Of a DNA stretch of 64,000 nt, positions 45,792-54,504 are shown piece after piece. Made by a program: the position numbers and the translations under genes. Below the pieces are notes generated by a model. The model did not search any database and was not told the DNA's origin. It was given only the letters and a program-made list of their open reading frames with translations. How positions within the stretch are numbered: the stretch's first letter is position 1; every line of letters begins with the position of its first letter. The DNA comes from an uncultured Clostridia bacterium (GTDB lineage: Bacteria > Bacillota > Clostridia > Christensenellales > UBA1242). The stretch spans positions 8,750 through 72,749 of the forward strand of contig CALVNW010000004.1 of NCBI GenBank assembly GCA_944350015.1, in the 5' to 3' direction.

Positions 45792-45840
45792 ATTAGGATA
45801 CATATATTAATATATATAATATACTATATAATATCCTAAT
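45792..45840. promoter_or_regulatory. 9 bp inverted repeat bracketing an all-AT 31 nt core, just upstream of the giant gene RBS
   Basis: ATTAGGATA-31 nt (A/T only, apart from two C)-TATCCTAAT. Confidence 0.4.
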
Positions 45841-46054
45841 CGCTTGCTATTTTTTTTGCTAGCTGTTTTATAATTTGTGTAGTTTGTTTTTGTTTTTGTA
45901 TTTTGAAAGCCATTATTGCGACCTTATTGTCACTTTAAGTGCCTTGTTTTTATCAAGTTGTTTCTTTATAAAGTTCTTTATTAGGTTTATTAAACTCTGT
46001 TTTAATTATTTTTGTGATGCAACAACCTATCAAGCGCTATCAAGTTTAACACCT

Positions 46055-47548
46055 TTACAACTCAATAGGCAGGTCAGGGAAGTCGATAAGCTCAGGTTGA
46101 TTTAAGTAGTAGTAAGAGGTTAGCGTACCACTGCAACCTGCTGAGATACCACCATATAGCACCGAGTAGCGCTCTTCAATGCTGATACTTATTAAATTCC
46201 ATTCGCCATCAATCGTTATTGTTTGTTTAACGCTCTCAAAGGTAGGAGCTGAGCCAAGTCCGCTTGTCTGCTGAACCTGTCTTACATAGTTAAGCACGCT
46301 TGTGATTGGGTCAAGTTCAATAGTGAAAGTGTAGTAGCCAGTTGCTTCGTCGTAGGTGATAACCGAACTGTCATTTGTGCTTGTAATAGTTTTGTCAGAG
46401 ATGATATAGGTTTGAATGCCGTTTGGCAGACCACCAGCAAGGTCAATGTAAGCCTCTTGAGTATAGGTATCATATTTATTCCAAACCGCATTATCAGTAA
46501 TGCTTGCACCTTCGCTGGTGTAGACGTCAGAGCTTGAGAAGAGCATAACCTCAGGATTTGGATTAAGTGAAGTAGATTTTTTCATAACCGAGCATTTACC
46601 AATATCCTTAGTACCTTCGCTTATGCTTTCAAAGGTGTAGGTGTTTCCGTCGAAGTTCTTTTCGCTATAAACAGTTTGTGAGATAGGTAAACCAAACGCC
46701 GAAACGTTAACCTTTCCATTGCCTACAATATGGAAGTAGTCGGAATTCAAAGCGTTAAACTCAGCAAGCAGAAAGTTTTGAACAGGGGTGAGGTCGCTTG
46801 GACTGTCAATGCCCGAGCTTAAGAACTCACTAGAACTTCTCCAGTTTTCATAATCTGAGCTTATGCCAAATAACTCGCCAAGAACGTCCTGCGCACTTGT
46901 TTGATAATCACTAGCGTTGTACTGCCCATAATTGACAGGTGGAACGACAGCATTATTGAAGTACCATACCCCAAGCCCGCATCCAGTAAAGACGCCTAGC
47001 ACGGTTAGGATGCCAAGAGTTTTCATTCTCTGCTTGAACGACTTTTTGGATGTCTTTGATTTTACCTTTTCTTTTTTTGCTTTTTTGTTAAGCTCCTTCT
47101 TAAAGTCATCCTTAAGTTTTTCGTCAGCGCTTTCATCTTCTTTTTCGGTGTTATTTAAATAGATAACCTCTTCGCTATCACCATACAAGGTAGTTAGTGG
47201 CGTTTGACTACTATTTTTGCTGGTATTTGCACTAGCTTTACCTGTTTTTGTGTACGAACTACTTTGTAAACTCTCTTGCCCTTTATTTAACTGGTCAAGA
47301 ATGGCTTTTTTGTCGTCATCGTTAAGGGTAGTTGTGCTTACATTTTTACCCTCAACTTTTGACGCCATTTTGCTATCGTTTGCGCTATCTATAGAAGAGC
47401 TCTTTGACAGCTCTTTTTGGTTTTTACCATCATAAAAAACGCTTGCATTTTTCTCTTCAATGCAATCAGCTTTGTTTGTCTTATTTATATCTTCAGTTTT
47501 TATAAAACTTTTTTTATTATTGTTTCTTATATTAGCCACGTTCTGCAC
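46055..47548 (-). CDS. bitopic membrane protein with a Lys/Ser-rich cytoplasmic N-terminus, one TM segment and an ectodomain of about 300 aa, unknown function
   Basis: 497 aa. TM segment TLGILTVLGVFTGCGLGVWYF. It lies directly upstream of the giant gene on the same strand. The start is uncertain (GTG at 47548 or GTG at 47539 after GGGGTG). Confidence 0.55.
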   Translation of the reverse strand: MQNVANIRNNNKKSFIKTEDINKTNKADCIEEKNASVFYDGKNQKELSKSSSIDSANDSKMASKVEGKNVSTTTLNDDDKKAILDQLNKGQESLQSSSYTKTGKASANTSKNSSQTPLTTLYGDSEEVIYLNNTEKEDESADEKLKDDFKKELNKKAKKEKVKSKTSKKSFKQRMKTLGILTVLGVFTGCGLGVWYFNNAVVPPVNYGQYNASDYQTSAQDVLGELFGISSDYENWRSSSEFLSSGIDSPSDLTPVQNFLLAEFNALNSDYFHIVGNGKVNVSAFGLPISQTVYSEKNFDGNTYTFESISEGTKDIGKCSVMKKSTSLNPNPEVMLFSSSDVYTSEGASITDNAVWNKYDTYTQEAYIDLAGGLPNGIQTYIISDKTITSTNDSSVITYDEATGYYTFTIELDPITSVLNYVRQVQQTSGLGSAPTFESVKQTITIDGEWNLISISIEERYSVLYGGISAGCSGTLTSYYYLNQPELIDFPDLPIEL

Positions 47549-47934
47549 CCCAATCCAAAGGGCTCAGCACACTCGCTACTTTTTGACATATTCAGTTTAT
47601 TATATGTAGACACGGCTTGTCCGTGTGAATAAAAATCAAAATTAATTAAGGAGCAGTCAAAATTGACAAGTGATAAGGCTGAAAAGTTTGTGACAAGCAA
47701 ACTTTGAGTGGCTACAACAGATATACTGTTCACCATAAACCCCCTAAGTGATAAATAAAGTTTTTCAATGTTTAATATATTGTCTCAAATTAAATAGGTT
47801 ATATCTTCATTAAACAACTTTATTATATAATATAAAAAAGGGTTTGTCAACTGATTTTTAATAACTTTTTAATTAATTTACAAAACACACTAAATCATAA
47901 AAATAAATTTTTTTGTATAAATATGCAAAAACGC

Positions 47935-47963
47935 TTGCATATTAATTGTGGAATGGTTATAAT
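47935..47963 (+). promoter_or_regulatory. sigma-A-type promoter candidate
   Basis: TTGCAT, a 17 nt spacer, then TATAAT. Confidence 0.5.
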
Positions 47964-47994
47964 AAAACTAATAAGATTGACAAAGGAGAAAATT

Positions 47995-48639
47995 ATGCAA
48001 GAAGGTTTTATCGAGGATTTGCAAAAAGGATTGTTGCTTTCAAATTCAATCGGGCAAGAAGAGGCGCTCGATATTTATGATGCGCTTGTAAAAAAGTATA
48101 AAAAAGTAAGAAGTTCATCCCTTGGTAAAAAGGCAGAAGAAGGCGAGAGTGAGGAGTTTAAGAAAGTTATCAAATCATTACCAAAGTACGCAAAATACTA
48201 TGATATAGATAGTTTTGACGTTTGTCTTAACGAGTATAAAAACAGCTTACCTAGAGAGATAAAGCTTGACGAAAAGGATTTGAAGGGCAGTATTGCCTCT
48301 CTTGCCGAAACTGTGATTAGTGCGCAGGCAAGCATAGGTAAATTTAGTAGAAATTCTGGTGTCAATATTGCTAATGACAAGACCAATTACACAAACAGCG
48401 TAGTTGATTTTGAAACGGCAAGCAACCCTCAGTTTGTCGAAAGTCTCATTGCAAAGGTTGGCTCGTCAAACCCTGAAGTTGTTGCTCAGTGCAAGAAGAG
48501 ATGTGACGATTTATGCAAAAGCCTTGCTGAAAGCGCGATAGAGGATAAGACAAGCTATTACGATAGATATGTAGATTACCTTGTTGACTTTTATTCAGAT
48601 AACGAGATAGCAAGACAGGGTGAACCTCAGATGGCGTAG
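47995..48639 (+). CDS. hypothetical protein (predicted all-helical, soluble)
   Basis: The start is set at MQEGFIEDL by RBS AAAGGAGaaaattATG; the ORF track starts at 47923. No motif recognised. Confidence 0.5.
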   Translation: MQEGFIEDLQKGLLLSNSIGQEEALDIYDALVKKYKKVRSSSLGKKAEEGESEEFKKVIKSLPKYAKYYDIDSFDVCLNEYKNSLPREIKLDEKDLKGSIASLAETVISAQASIGKFSRNSGVNIANDKTNYTNSVVDFETASNPQFVESLIAKVGSSNPEVVAQCKKRCDDLCKSLAESAIEDKTSYYDRYVDYLVDFYSDNEIARQGEPQMA

Positions 48640-48651
48640 GTGTTTTATTAC

Positions 48652-48728
48652 CGGAAGCCGAACTTGCTTGCAAGGGTGAGGCTGAGTTTTTTTGCTATGT
48701 AATGGATGAGCAAAGCATATAAATTTGT
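48652..48728 (+). repeat. shared 3'-flank module (terminator-like), copy 2
   Basis: CGGAAGCCGAACTTGCTTGCAAGGGTGAGGCTGAG followed by T7. The first 35 nt are identical to the reverse complement of 23735-23769, and the next roughly 40 nt are similar. Confidence 0.7.
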
Positions 48729-48809
48729 CAAAATTTTATTGTCGCATAGTCACTAATATATGTATATATCTATAAATAAAAGATTTTTATAAAAATAATG
48801 CAAAAATGC

Positions 48810-48838
48810 TTGACAAATGTAATTTTATTATATAAAAT
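48810..48838 (+). promoter_or_regulatory. promoter candidate for rplM-rpsI
   Basis: TTGACA, a 17 nt spacer, then TAAAAT. A leader of about 150 nt follows. Confidence 0.5.
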
Positions 48839-48995
48839 ATAAGCGTCTTAATTTTAAGGCGTTTTTTGTTTGCACTAGCCCCGCGGATAAAATTTGCCTT
48901 GTAGACGAAACAACCTTATAGTCCCGAAGATTTAAGGTTTTAATTAAAGTCATTTTGACTTAAACGTTTAACAAAATTTTATTCGGAGGAAATTA

Positions 48996-49439
48996 ATGAA
49001 AACTTATATGGCAAAACCTACGGACATTGAAAGAAAATGGTTCGTTGTAGACGCTGCTAATGTTCCACTAGGAAGAGTGGCAAGCCAAGTAGCAGACATT
49101 TTAACAGGTAAAAACAAGACTATTTACACACCACACGTTGATTGTGGCGACTTTGTGATAGTATTAAATTCAGATAAAGTTGCTCTTACTGGTAAGAAGC
49201 ACACAGATAAGAAGCTTAGATGGTATACAGGATACATCGGCGGACTTAAAGAAATCGATTATGGTACACTTCTTGAGAAGAACTCACCAAAGGCTATTGA
49301 GCAGGCAGTTAAAGGTATGCTTCCAAAAACAAGCCTTGGAAGAAAGCAATTCACAAGATTGCACGTATACAAGGGTGAGGAACATAATCACCAGGCACAA
49401 AAGCCAGAAAAAGTTGAAATAAAAGGAGTTAGAGACTAA
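48996..49439 (+). CDS. rplM: 50S ribosomal protein L13
   Basis: [17 protein letters not shown]...[21 protein letters not shown]. Confidence 0.95.
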   Translation: MKTYMAKPTDIERKWFVVDAANVPLGRVASQVADILTGKNKTIYTPHVDCGDFVIVLNSDKVALTGKKHTDKKLRWYTGYIGGLKEIDYGTLLEKNSPKAIEQAVKGMLPKTSLGRKQFTRLHVYKGEEHNHQAQKPEKVEIKGVRD

Positions 49440-49849
49440 TGGCAGAGAAGAAAGTTAAAAATGCAAATCAAATTATTTCAACAGGTAGAAGAAAGAAATC
49501 TATCGCAAGAGTAAGACTTTTCCCAGGCGAAGGCAAATGCACAGTTAATGGCAGAGAACTTGGAGAGTATCTTCAAAGAGACACACTTCTCTTAGTTGCT
49601 CGCAGACCTTTTGCTGTAACAAACACAAACGACAAGTTTGACGTTATTGCAAGAGTTAATGGCGGTGGCTTGTCTGGTCAAGCAGGTGCTTTAAGCCACG
49701 GCATTGCAAGAGCGCTTGTAAAGTATGATGAGATGTATAAGAAAGAATTGAAAGAGGCAGGACTTCTCACTCGTGACCCAAGAATGAAGGAGAGAAAGAA
49801 GTACGGCTTAAAGAAAGCAAGAAAGGCATCTCAGTTCTCAAAACGTTAA
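49439..49849 (+). CDS. rpsI: 30S ribosomal protein S9
   Basis: GRRK.SIARV...GGG..GQAGA..HGIARAL...RDPR.KERKKYG.KKARK..QFSKR. TAATG overlap with rplM. Confidence 0.95.
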   Translation: MAEKKVKNANQIISTGRRKKSIARVRLFPGEGKCTVNGRELGEYLQRDTLLLVARRPFAVTNTNDKFDVIARVNGGGLSGQAGALSHGIARALVKYDEMYKKELKEAGLLTRDPRMKERKKYGLKKARKASQFSKR

Positions 49850-49889
49850 TATTTTGCCCTTTATGGTAATATTTTCATAACTATATATT

Positions 49890-49926
49890 AAAAAGCTTAG
49901 CGTTGTTTTATATGCTAAGCTTTTTT
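49890..49926 (+). terminator. rplM-rpsI terminator
   Basis: AAAAAGCTTAGC-12 nt loop-GCTAAGCTTTTTT. Confidence 0.7.
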
Positions 49927-49988
49927 GTTTAAAAATTTTTGACATTTTTAAAATAATTGGATATAATAAATTTTAAAGGAGCAATTTT

Positions 49989-50915
49989 GTGGAAAAGGTT
50001 TATGATATTGTGATTGTTGGCGGTGGACCTGCTGGAACAACTGCGGGCATCTATGCAAAAAGGGCAGGTCGCGACGTTGTTATAATCGAGAAGTTCTTGG
50101 TTGGCGGGCAACTAGGGCTTATCGGACAAATTGAAAACTATCCAGGTTTTATCAGTATAAGCGGTGGCGAACTTGCTGACAAGTTTTTATCTCACGCAAA
50201 GAGCCTTGATATTCCTATTATTAGTGATGACATTTTAGAGTATGATTTGCAAGGCGAAGTTAAAACTTTAAAGGGCAAGAGGCAGACGTATAGCGCAAGG
50301 GCTGTTATTTTAGCTATTGGCAGTCACTCTAAGGAGCTCAACATTCAAGGCGAAAAGGAGCTTATCGGAAAAGGTGTAAGTTACTGCGCGCTATGTGATG
50401 GCAACTTCTTTAAAGGTCAAGACGTGGCAGTAGTCGGCTCAGGTGACTCGGCATTTTCAGATGCACTATACCTTTCAAACATCTGTAATAAGGTGTACAT
50501 CTTAACTAAAGACAACCTAAAGCTCAACAACTACAGCGAAGATGACATAAAGGAAAGAGGTAACATTATTTTACTAAAAGGCGCACTCTCAAAAGAGATT
50601 GAGGGTAAGGATAAGGTTACCGCTCTTGTCTATGATAAGAACGGCAAAGAGGAAAAGCTTGACACAAGCGCCGTATTTGTTGCGGTTGGCAGAAAACCAG
50701 ACACTGAAGCCTTAAAGGATAAGATAAAATTAAACGCTCTTGGCTTTATTGAAACTGACGATAAGATGTCCACCTCAGCCGAAGGCGTGTTTGCTTGTGG
50801 TGATGTTAGGGCAAACGCGATAAAACAAGTTGCTCTTGCCGTTGGTGAGGGGGCAATTGCCGGAAGTGAAGCGAACAAATATATTTTAAAATCAAGAAGA
50901 AAATCAAGTATTTAA
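49989..50915 (+). CDS. trxB: thioredoxin-disulfide reductase
   Basis: GTG start after AAAGGAG. VGGGPAG, redox CALCDG, and a second GxGxxA (VGSGDSA). Confidence 0.88.
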   Translation: MEKVYDIVIVGGGPAGTTAGIYAKRAGRDVVIIEKFLVGGQLGLIGQIENYPGFISISGGELADKFLSHAKSLDIPIISDDILEYDLQGEVKTLKGKRQTYSARAVILAIGSHSKELNIQGEKELIGKGVSYCALCDGNFFKGQDVAVVGSGDSAFSDALYLSNICNKVYILTKDNLKLNNYSEDDIKERGNIILLKGALSKEIEGKDKVTALVYDKNGKEEKLDTSAVFVAVGRKPDTEALKDKIKLNALGFIETDDKMSTSAEGVFACGDVRANAIKQVALAVGEGAIAGSEANKYILKSRRKSSI

Positions 50916-51059
50916 TCTCCATCAAACAATCAAATTTGGAAGCTAAAAACCGCCTATTTACGCCTTTAAAAATTATTAAATTTCACTTTTTATATAGTTA
51001 TAATAATATAACATTATTATTTATTTTAAACGACAATAACATTAAAGAATAAATACAAG

Positions 51060-51096
51060 AAAAAAGTTGTTAAACGAATATTTAACAACTTTTTTT
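51060..51096. terminator. bidirectional terminator hairpin
   Basis: A5-AGTTGTTAAA-cgaata-TTTAACAACT-T7. Confidence 0.7.
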
Positions 51097-51318
51097 GTAA
51101 AAGTCAAGTTTAAAAGATGTGCTAAAAATAGAAAGCCAAGCAAAAAACAAGATAGCTAACTAACACAAAAAATAGAAAACCAAACAAAAATTCAGATGCC
51201 TCAAAGCTAACATAAAAAATAACAAATCAAAACAATAAACTAAATAGCAAAAACGCTAAGCTTTATTTGAAAAACTTGAAGGATGAGGTTTAGTTATAAA
51301 GAACGTTTTTATTAAGTT

Positions 51319-52146
51319 TTAATGACAAACAATAATGCCTTTTTCAAGGGCGTAGTATGAGCATAAACCTCTCATAGGAAGTATTCTTATTTCTTTAAAG
51401 TTGCACTTCTTTTCAAGGTCGTCTTTAATATATTTTGCCTCTTCTTCGGCGTAGCAATGCGTGATTATCAAGGTTTCTTTTGAGAAATCTTTTGCCTTTT
51501 CGCAAATCATTTGCACAAGTTTTGAGAAGGCATTTTTAATGCCGATAATCTTTTTAGCCATCTTTATTTCGCCTTCATATGCGATACAGATAGGGCGGAT
51601 AACAAGTTTGCTTGCAATAAGACCGGCAATCTTGCTCATTCTGCCATTGTTTACAAGGTTGTCAAATTTTTGAAGGATAAAGTAGAGGTTTTTCTTGTCT
51701 CTATAAGCTATAATCTCTTCGCAAATTTTCTCATAAGAAAGACCTTCACGAATAAGCTCGGCAAGCTTATCTACGATTAAAATCTCAGTGCCACTAACGG
51801 CCTTTGAGTCAATAACAAAGACGTTTTCAGGTTTAGCATAAGAATTTTTTGCAACGCAAGCGGCGTTATAGCAACCAGAAAGTTTTGCGGTTATTGTAAC
51901 GATGAAGGTGTACTCGGCATTGTCAAACTCTTGCAAAAAGGACTGTGGTGCAGGACAGGCAGAAGAGGACTTCTTACTGCTGTGCATATCGGTCAGCATC
52001 TTATCGATATCAAGCGAGTCATTGTCGACATATTCATTGTTGTTTACATTGATTGTGAGAGGAATAACTTTAAACCCTATATTTTCATCTTTTATATAGT
52101 CGCTCATAAGGTCGGAAGCGCTATCAACAAGTATTTGATATTTCAT
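51319..52146 (-). CDS. DegV-family fatty-acid-binding protein
   Basis: MKYQILVDSASDL... 275 aa, with typical DegV layout. Confidence 0.8.
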   Translation of the reverse strand: MKYQILVDSASDLMSDYIKDENIGFKVIPLTINVNNNEYVDNDSLDIDKMLTDMHSSKKSSSACPAPQSFLQEFDNAEYTFIVTITAKLSGCYNAACVAKNSYAKPENVFVIDSKAVSGTEILIVDKLAELIREGLSYEKICEEIIAYRDKKNLYFILQKFDNLVNNGRMSKIAGLIASKLVIRPICIAYEGEIKMAKKIIGIKNAFSKLVQMICEKAKDFSKETLIITHCYAEEEAKYIKDDLEKKCNFKEIRILPMRGLCSYYALEKGIIVCH

Positions 52147-52310
52147 AATAATCTCCTATATATTTTAATTGCTTAGAGCAAGGTAAATTTTTATATTTTT
52201 AAACAGAAAGATAATCTTTCAAAAACAATTATAGCACAATTTATGGAACAATCAAAATAATTTACTGTTTTTATAGATATAATATGCCTTTTTTTGTCAC
52301 ATTATGAATG

Positions 52311-53507
52311 TTATTCTTGCGGATGCGAACTTTTATTTATAAAACTTGCACTGTCACTTGCAAGCCCAATCTTACCATACTTATCGTTTATATACCTAAG
52401 GGTCTGCGAAAAATCAGGCTTAACCTCATCAAAAAGCGAAAGTTGCCGAGCATTCGCGCTTGTAAAATTGGAGCCTTTAACCCTAATAGCTCTAAGTGGA
52501 TAGTTATATTTCCATATCTTATCACACAGGGCTAGCGCATTTTTTGCAAGGTCATCAATACCATTTGTTGGATTAATCTTTCGGCTTATATGGTAGGTCT
52601 TTAAATCCTTAGTTTTCAAGGTGATTGAAAGGTTGCTGGCAAGAACTTTATGTTTTATCATCCTATAAGATATTTTCTCGGCTAGAAAGTAGATAACCTT
52701 TTCAACGTCACGCCTGTCCATAATATCCTTTAGCGTTGTAGTGCCGTTGCCAATACTTTTAGGCGCGGGGAGGCTGTAGTAGTCGGCAACCTTTTCCTCT
52801 CGCACGCCTAGAAGGTCTTGCTTAAGTCGCAAGCCATTTATGCCCATCAGATTTTCAAGGTAGCGTTCTTCAAGTTTTACAAAGTCGCCGATAGTCTCAA
52901 TGCCGATAGAAGAAAACTTTTTCTCAAGCCTCTTTCCAATGCCGACTATGGAGTTTAGCGGAAGGGGATAGACCACTTTTTCAATGTCCTTGCGCTCTAT
53001 GCAAGTAGTGAAGTCAGGCTTTCGCAAATCAGAGCCAAGCTTTGCAAAAATCTTTGAAAAGGACACGCCGACAGACACAGTAAAACCAAACTCTTGTTTA
53101 ACTTTCTGCCTTATCTCATCGGCAATCTGCACGCCTGTCATTTTAAGGTACTTTAAGCTGTCCGTCACATCAAGCCAGCACTCATCAAGCCCAAGAGGCT
53201 CAACAAAATTGGTGTAATTTAAGTATAACGCGTGCAATTGACCGCTTATTTCCTCGTATAAGTCATAATGTGGCGGGAGACAGACAAGCCCAGGGCATAT
53301 CGCCTTAGCCTCGCCTATGATTTGCCCGGTTTTGACGCCAAACTTCTTTGCAATTTCATTTTTTGCAAGTATAATACCGGTACGCTTCTGCGGATTACCT
53401 GTCACGGCAACTGGTTTATCTTTAAGATCGCTCTTGCTTGCACATTCCACCGACGCAAAAAAATTGTTGACATCAGAATGTAAAATAACCCTCTCTTTCA
53501 CTTGCAT
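52311..53507 (-). CDS. dinB: Y-family DNA polymerase IV
   Basis: ILHSDVNNFFASVE...LGLDECWLDVT...SVGVSFSKIFAKLGSD. Confidence 0.85.
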   Translation of the reverse strand: MQVKERVILHSDVNNFFASVECASKSDLKDKPVAVTGNPQKRTGIILAKNEIAKKFGVKTGQIIGEAKAICPGLVCLPPHYDLYEEISGQLHALYLNYTNFVEPLGLDECWLDVTDSLKYLKMTGVQIADEIRQKVKQEFGFTVSVGVSFSKIFAKLGSDLRKPDFTTCIERKDIEKVVYPLPLNSIVGIGKRLEKKFSSIGIETIGDFVKLEERYLENLMGINGLRLKQDLLGVREEKVADYYSLPAPKSIGNGTTTLKDIMDRRDVEKVIYFLAEKISYRMIKHKVLASNLSITLKTKDLKTYHISRKINPTNGIDDLAKNALALCDKIWKYNYPLRAIRVKGSNFTSANARQLSLFDEVKPDFSQTLRYINDKYGKIGLASDSASFINKSSHPQE

Positions 53508-53550
53508 AAAACCCTCGTTTTATGTATAATAGGTAAAAATTAGGAGATTT

Positions 53551-54504
53551 ATGCAACGACAAAACAATAAAGTTATAATAGATAAATTTTGCAACCACTA
53601 CTGCGACGCGCTCGCCTGTACACTGGGCGAATTTATTGATATTAGAGACTCATATGAAGATATATTAAAATTACTTTCGTTAGAAGAGGCTGAAACTTTG
53701 ATTGACTACGCAGTTCTAAAAAACAAGATGGCGGGGGTGGAAAGGCTCAACATTAAAGTGCCATTGCCATCACTAGGAGTTAAAGCTCTTGAAAAATATG
53801 GCTTAAAAGGTAGCGAAATAATCTCTGCCAAAAACTATGCTTCCCTTCCCACAAGCGCTCTAATCGGTGATAATAATATGCTCGACATTGAAAATTTGCT
53901 TGACTATAGCCAAGAACTGCTTTCATCTATATCAGATTTTTGCGCAAGGGCAGATATGCCAATTTGCATATCAATCGGCTCAAATTTAGAAGAGGTCGGG
54001 CGTCTTGTCAATGGCTATAATATGTCGCCTGTCGAGGTGTTAGAAAGTTTTGGCTTTTTAGATAGAAAGTGCCTTGTTTACGGGCTTAACTATATCGATA
54101 AAGACGACCAAAAACTACTAAAGGACTATGGTATAATGTCGGTTTTTTCGCCTCAAGATGACGCTTTGTGCGGACGCGGGGCAATAAATTTATATAATTT
54201 TATTTATAACGATTTAAAATTTGGTTTTTCAAGCGGAAAATGCTATAATATAGATATGCTTTTTGAAGGCAAGCTTGCAAGGCTTAACACAAATAACCTT
54301 ATGCACGAGGGCGGACTTGTGACAAATGAGGCTTTGCTTGGCGCCCTTTGCGAGAACAGCGAAGCTAAACTTGAGATAGAACTTCTTGACGCGCAAAAAC
54401 TAGAAGTTTTGTTTGACAAAAAGGTCTATTTAAAGGATGACGGCTATCTTGATTTGCTTTCAAAAGTGACAAAAATTGCAACAAAAATAAAGGAGAAAAT
54501 TTAG
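53551..54504 (+). CDS. amidohydrolase-superfamily-like protein lacking the usual metal/catalytic residues
   Basis: The C-terminal half aligns by eye to MtaD/SsnA-type deaminases (LVYGLNYIDKDDQKLLKDYGIMSVFSPQDDALCGRG...FGFSSGKCYNIDMLFE). The expected H (HCVH), H (HNP) and D (GTDG) positions read G/Y, F and S. Confidence 0.35.
   Translation: MQRQNNKVIIDKFCNHYCDALACTLGEFIDIRDSYEDILKLLSLEEAETLIDYAVLKNKMAGVERLNIKVPLPSLGVKALEKYGLKGSEIISAKNYASLPTSALIGDNNMLDIENLLDYSQELLSSISDFCARADMPICISIGSNLEEVGRLVNGYNMSPVEVLESFGFLDRKCLVYGLNYIDKDDQKLLKDYGIMSVFSPQDDALCGRGAINLYNFIYNDLKFGFSSGKCYNIDMLFEGKLARLNTNNLMHEGGLVTNEALLGALCENSEAKLEIELLDAQKLEVLFDKKVYLKDDGYLDLLSKVTKIATKIKEKI

Noticed and set aside
47663-47707. A 14-codon TTG-initiated mini-ORF (MTSDKAEKFVTSKL) after AAGGAG on the + strand in the divergent spacer.
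   Set aside because: It is very short, has a TTG start, overlaps a hairpin, and nothing suggests it is conserved. It is mentioned only under the structured-leader finding.
51120-51260. An A-rich segment (AGCTAAC-containing) downstream of the trxB/degV terminator, considered as another phased A-tract block.
   Set aside because: The tract spacing is irregular by hand count (about 7-25 nt). It is not convincingly phased, so it was not reported as curved DNA.
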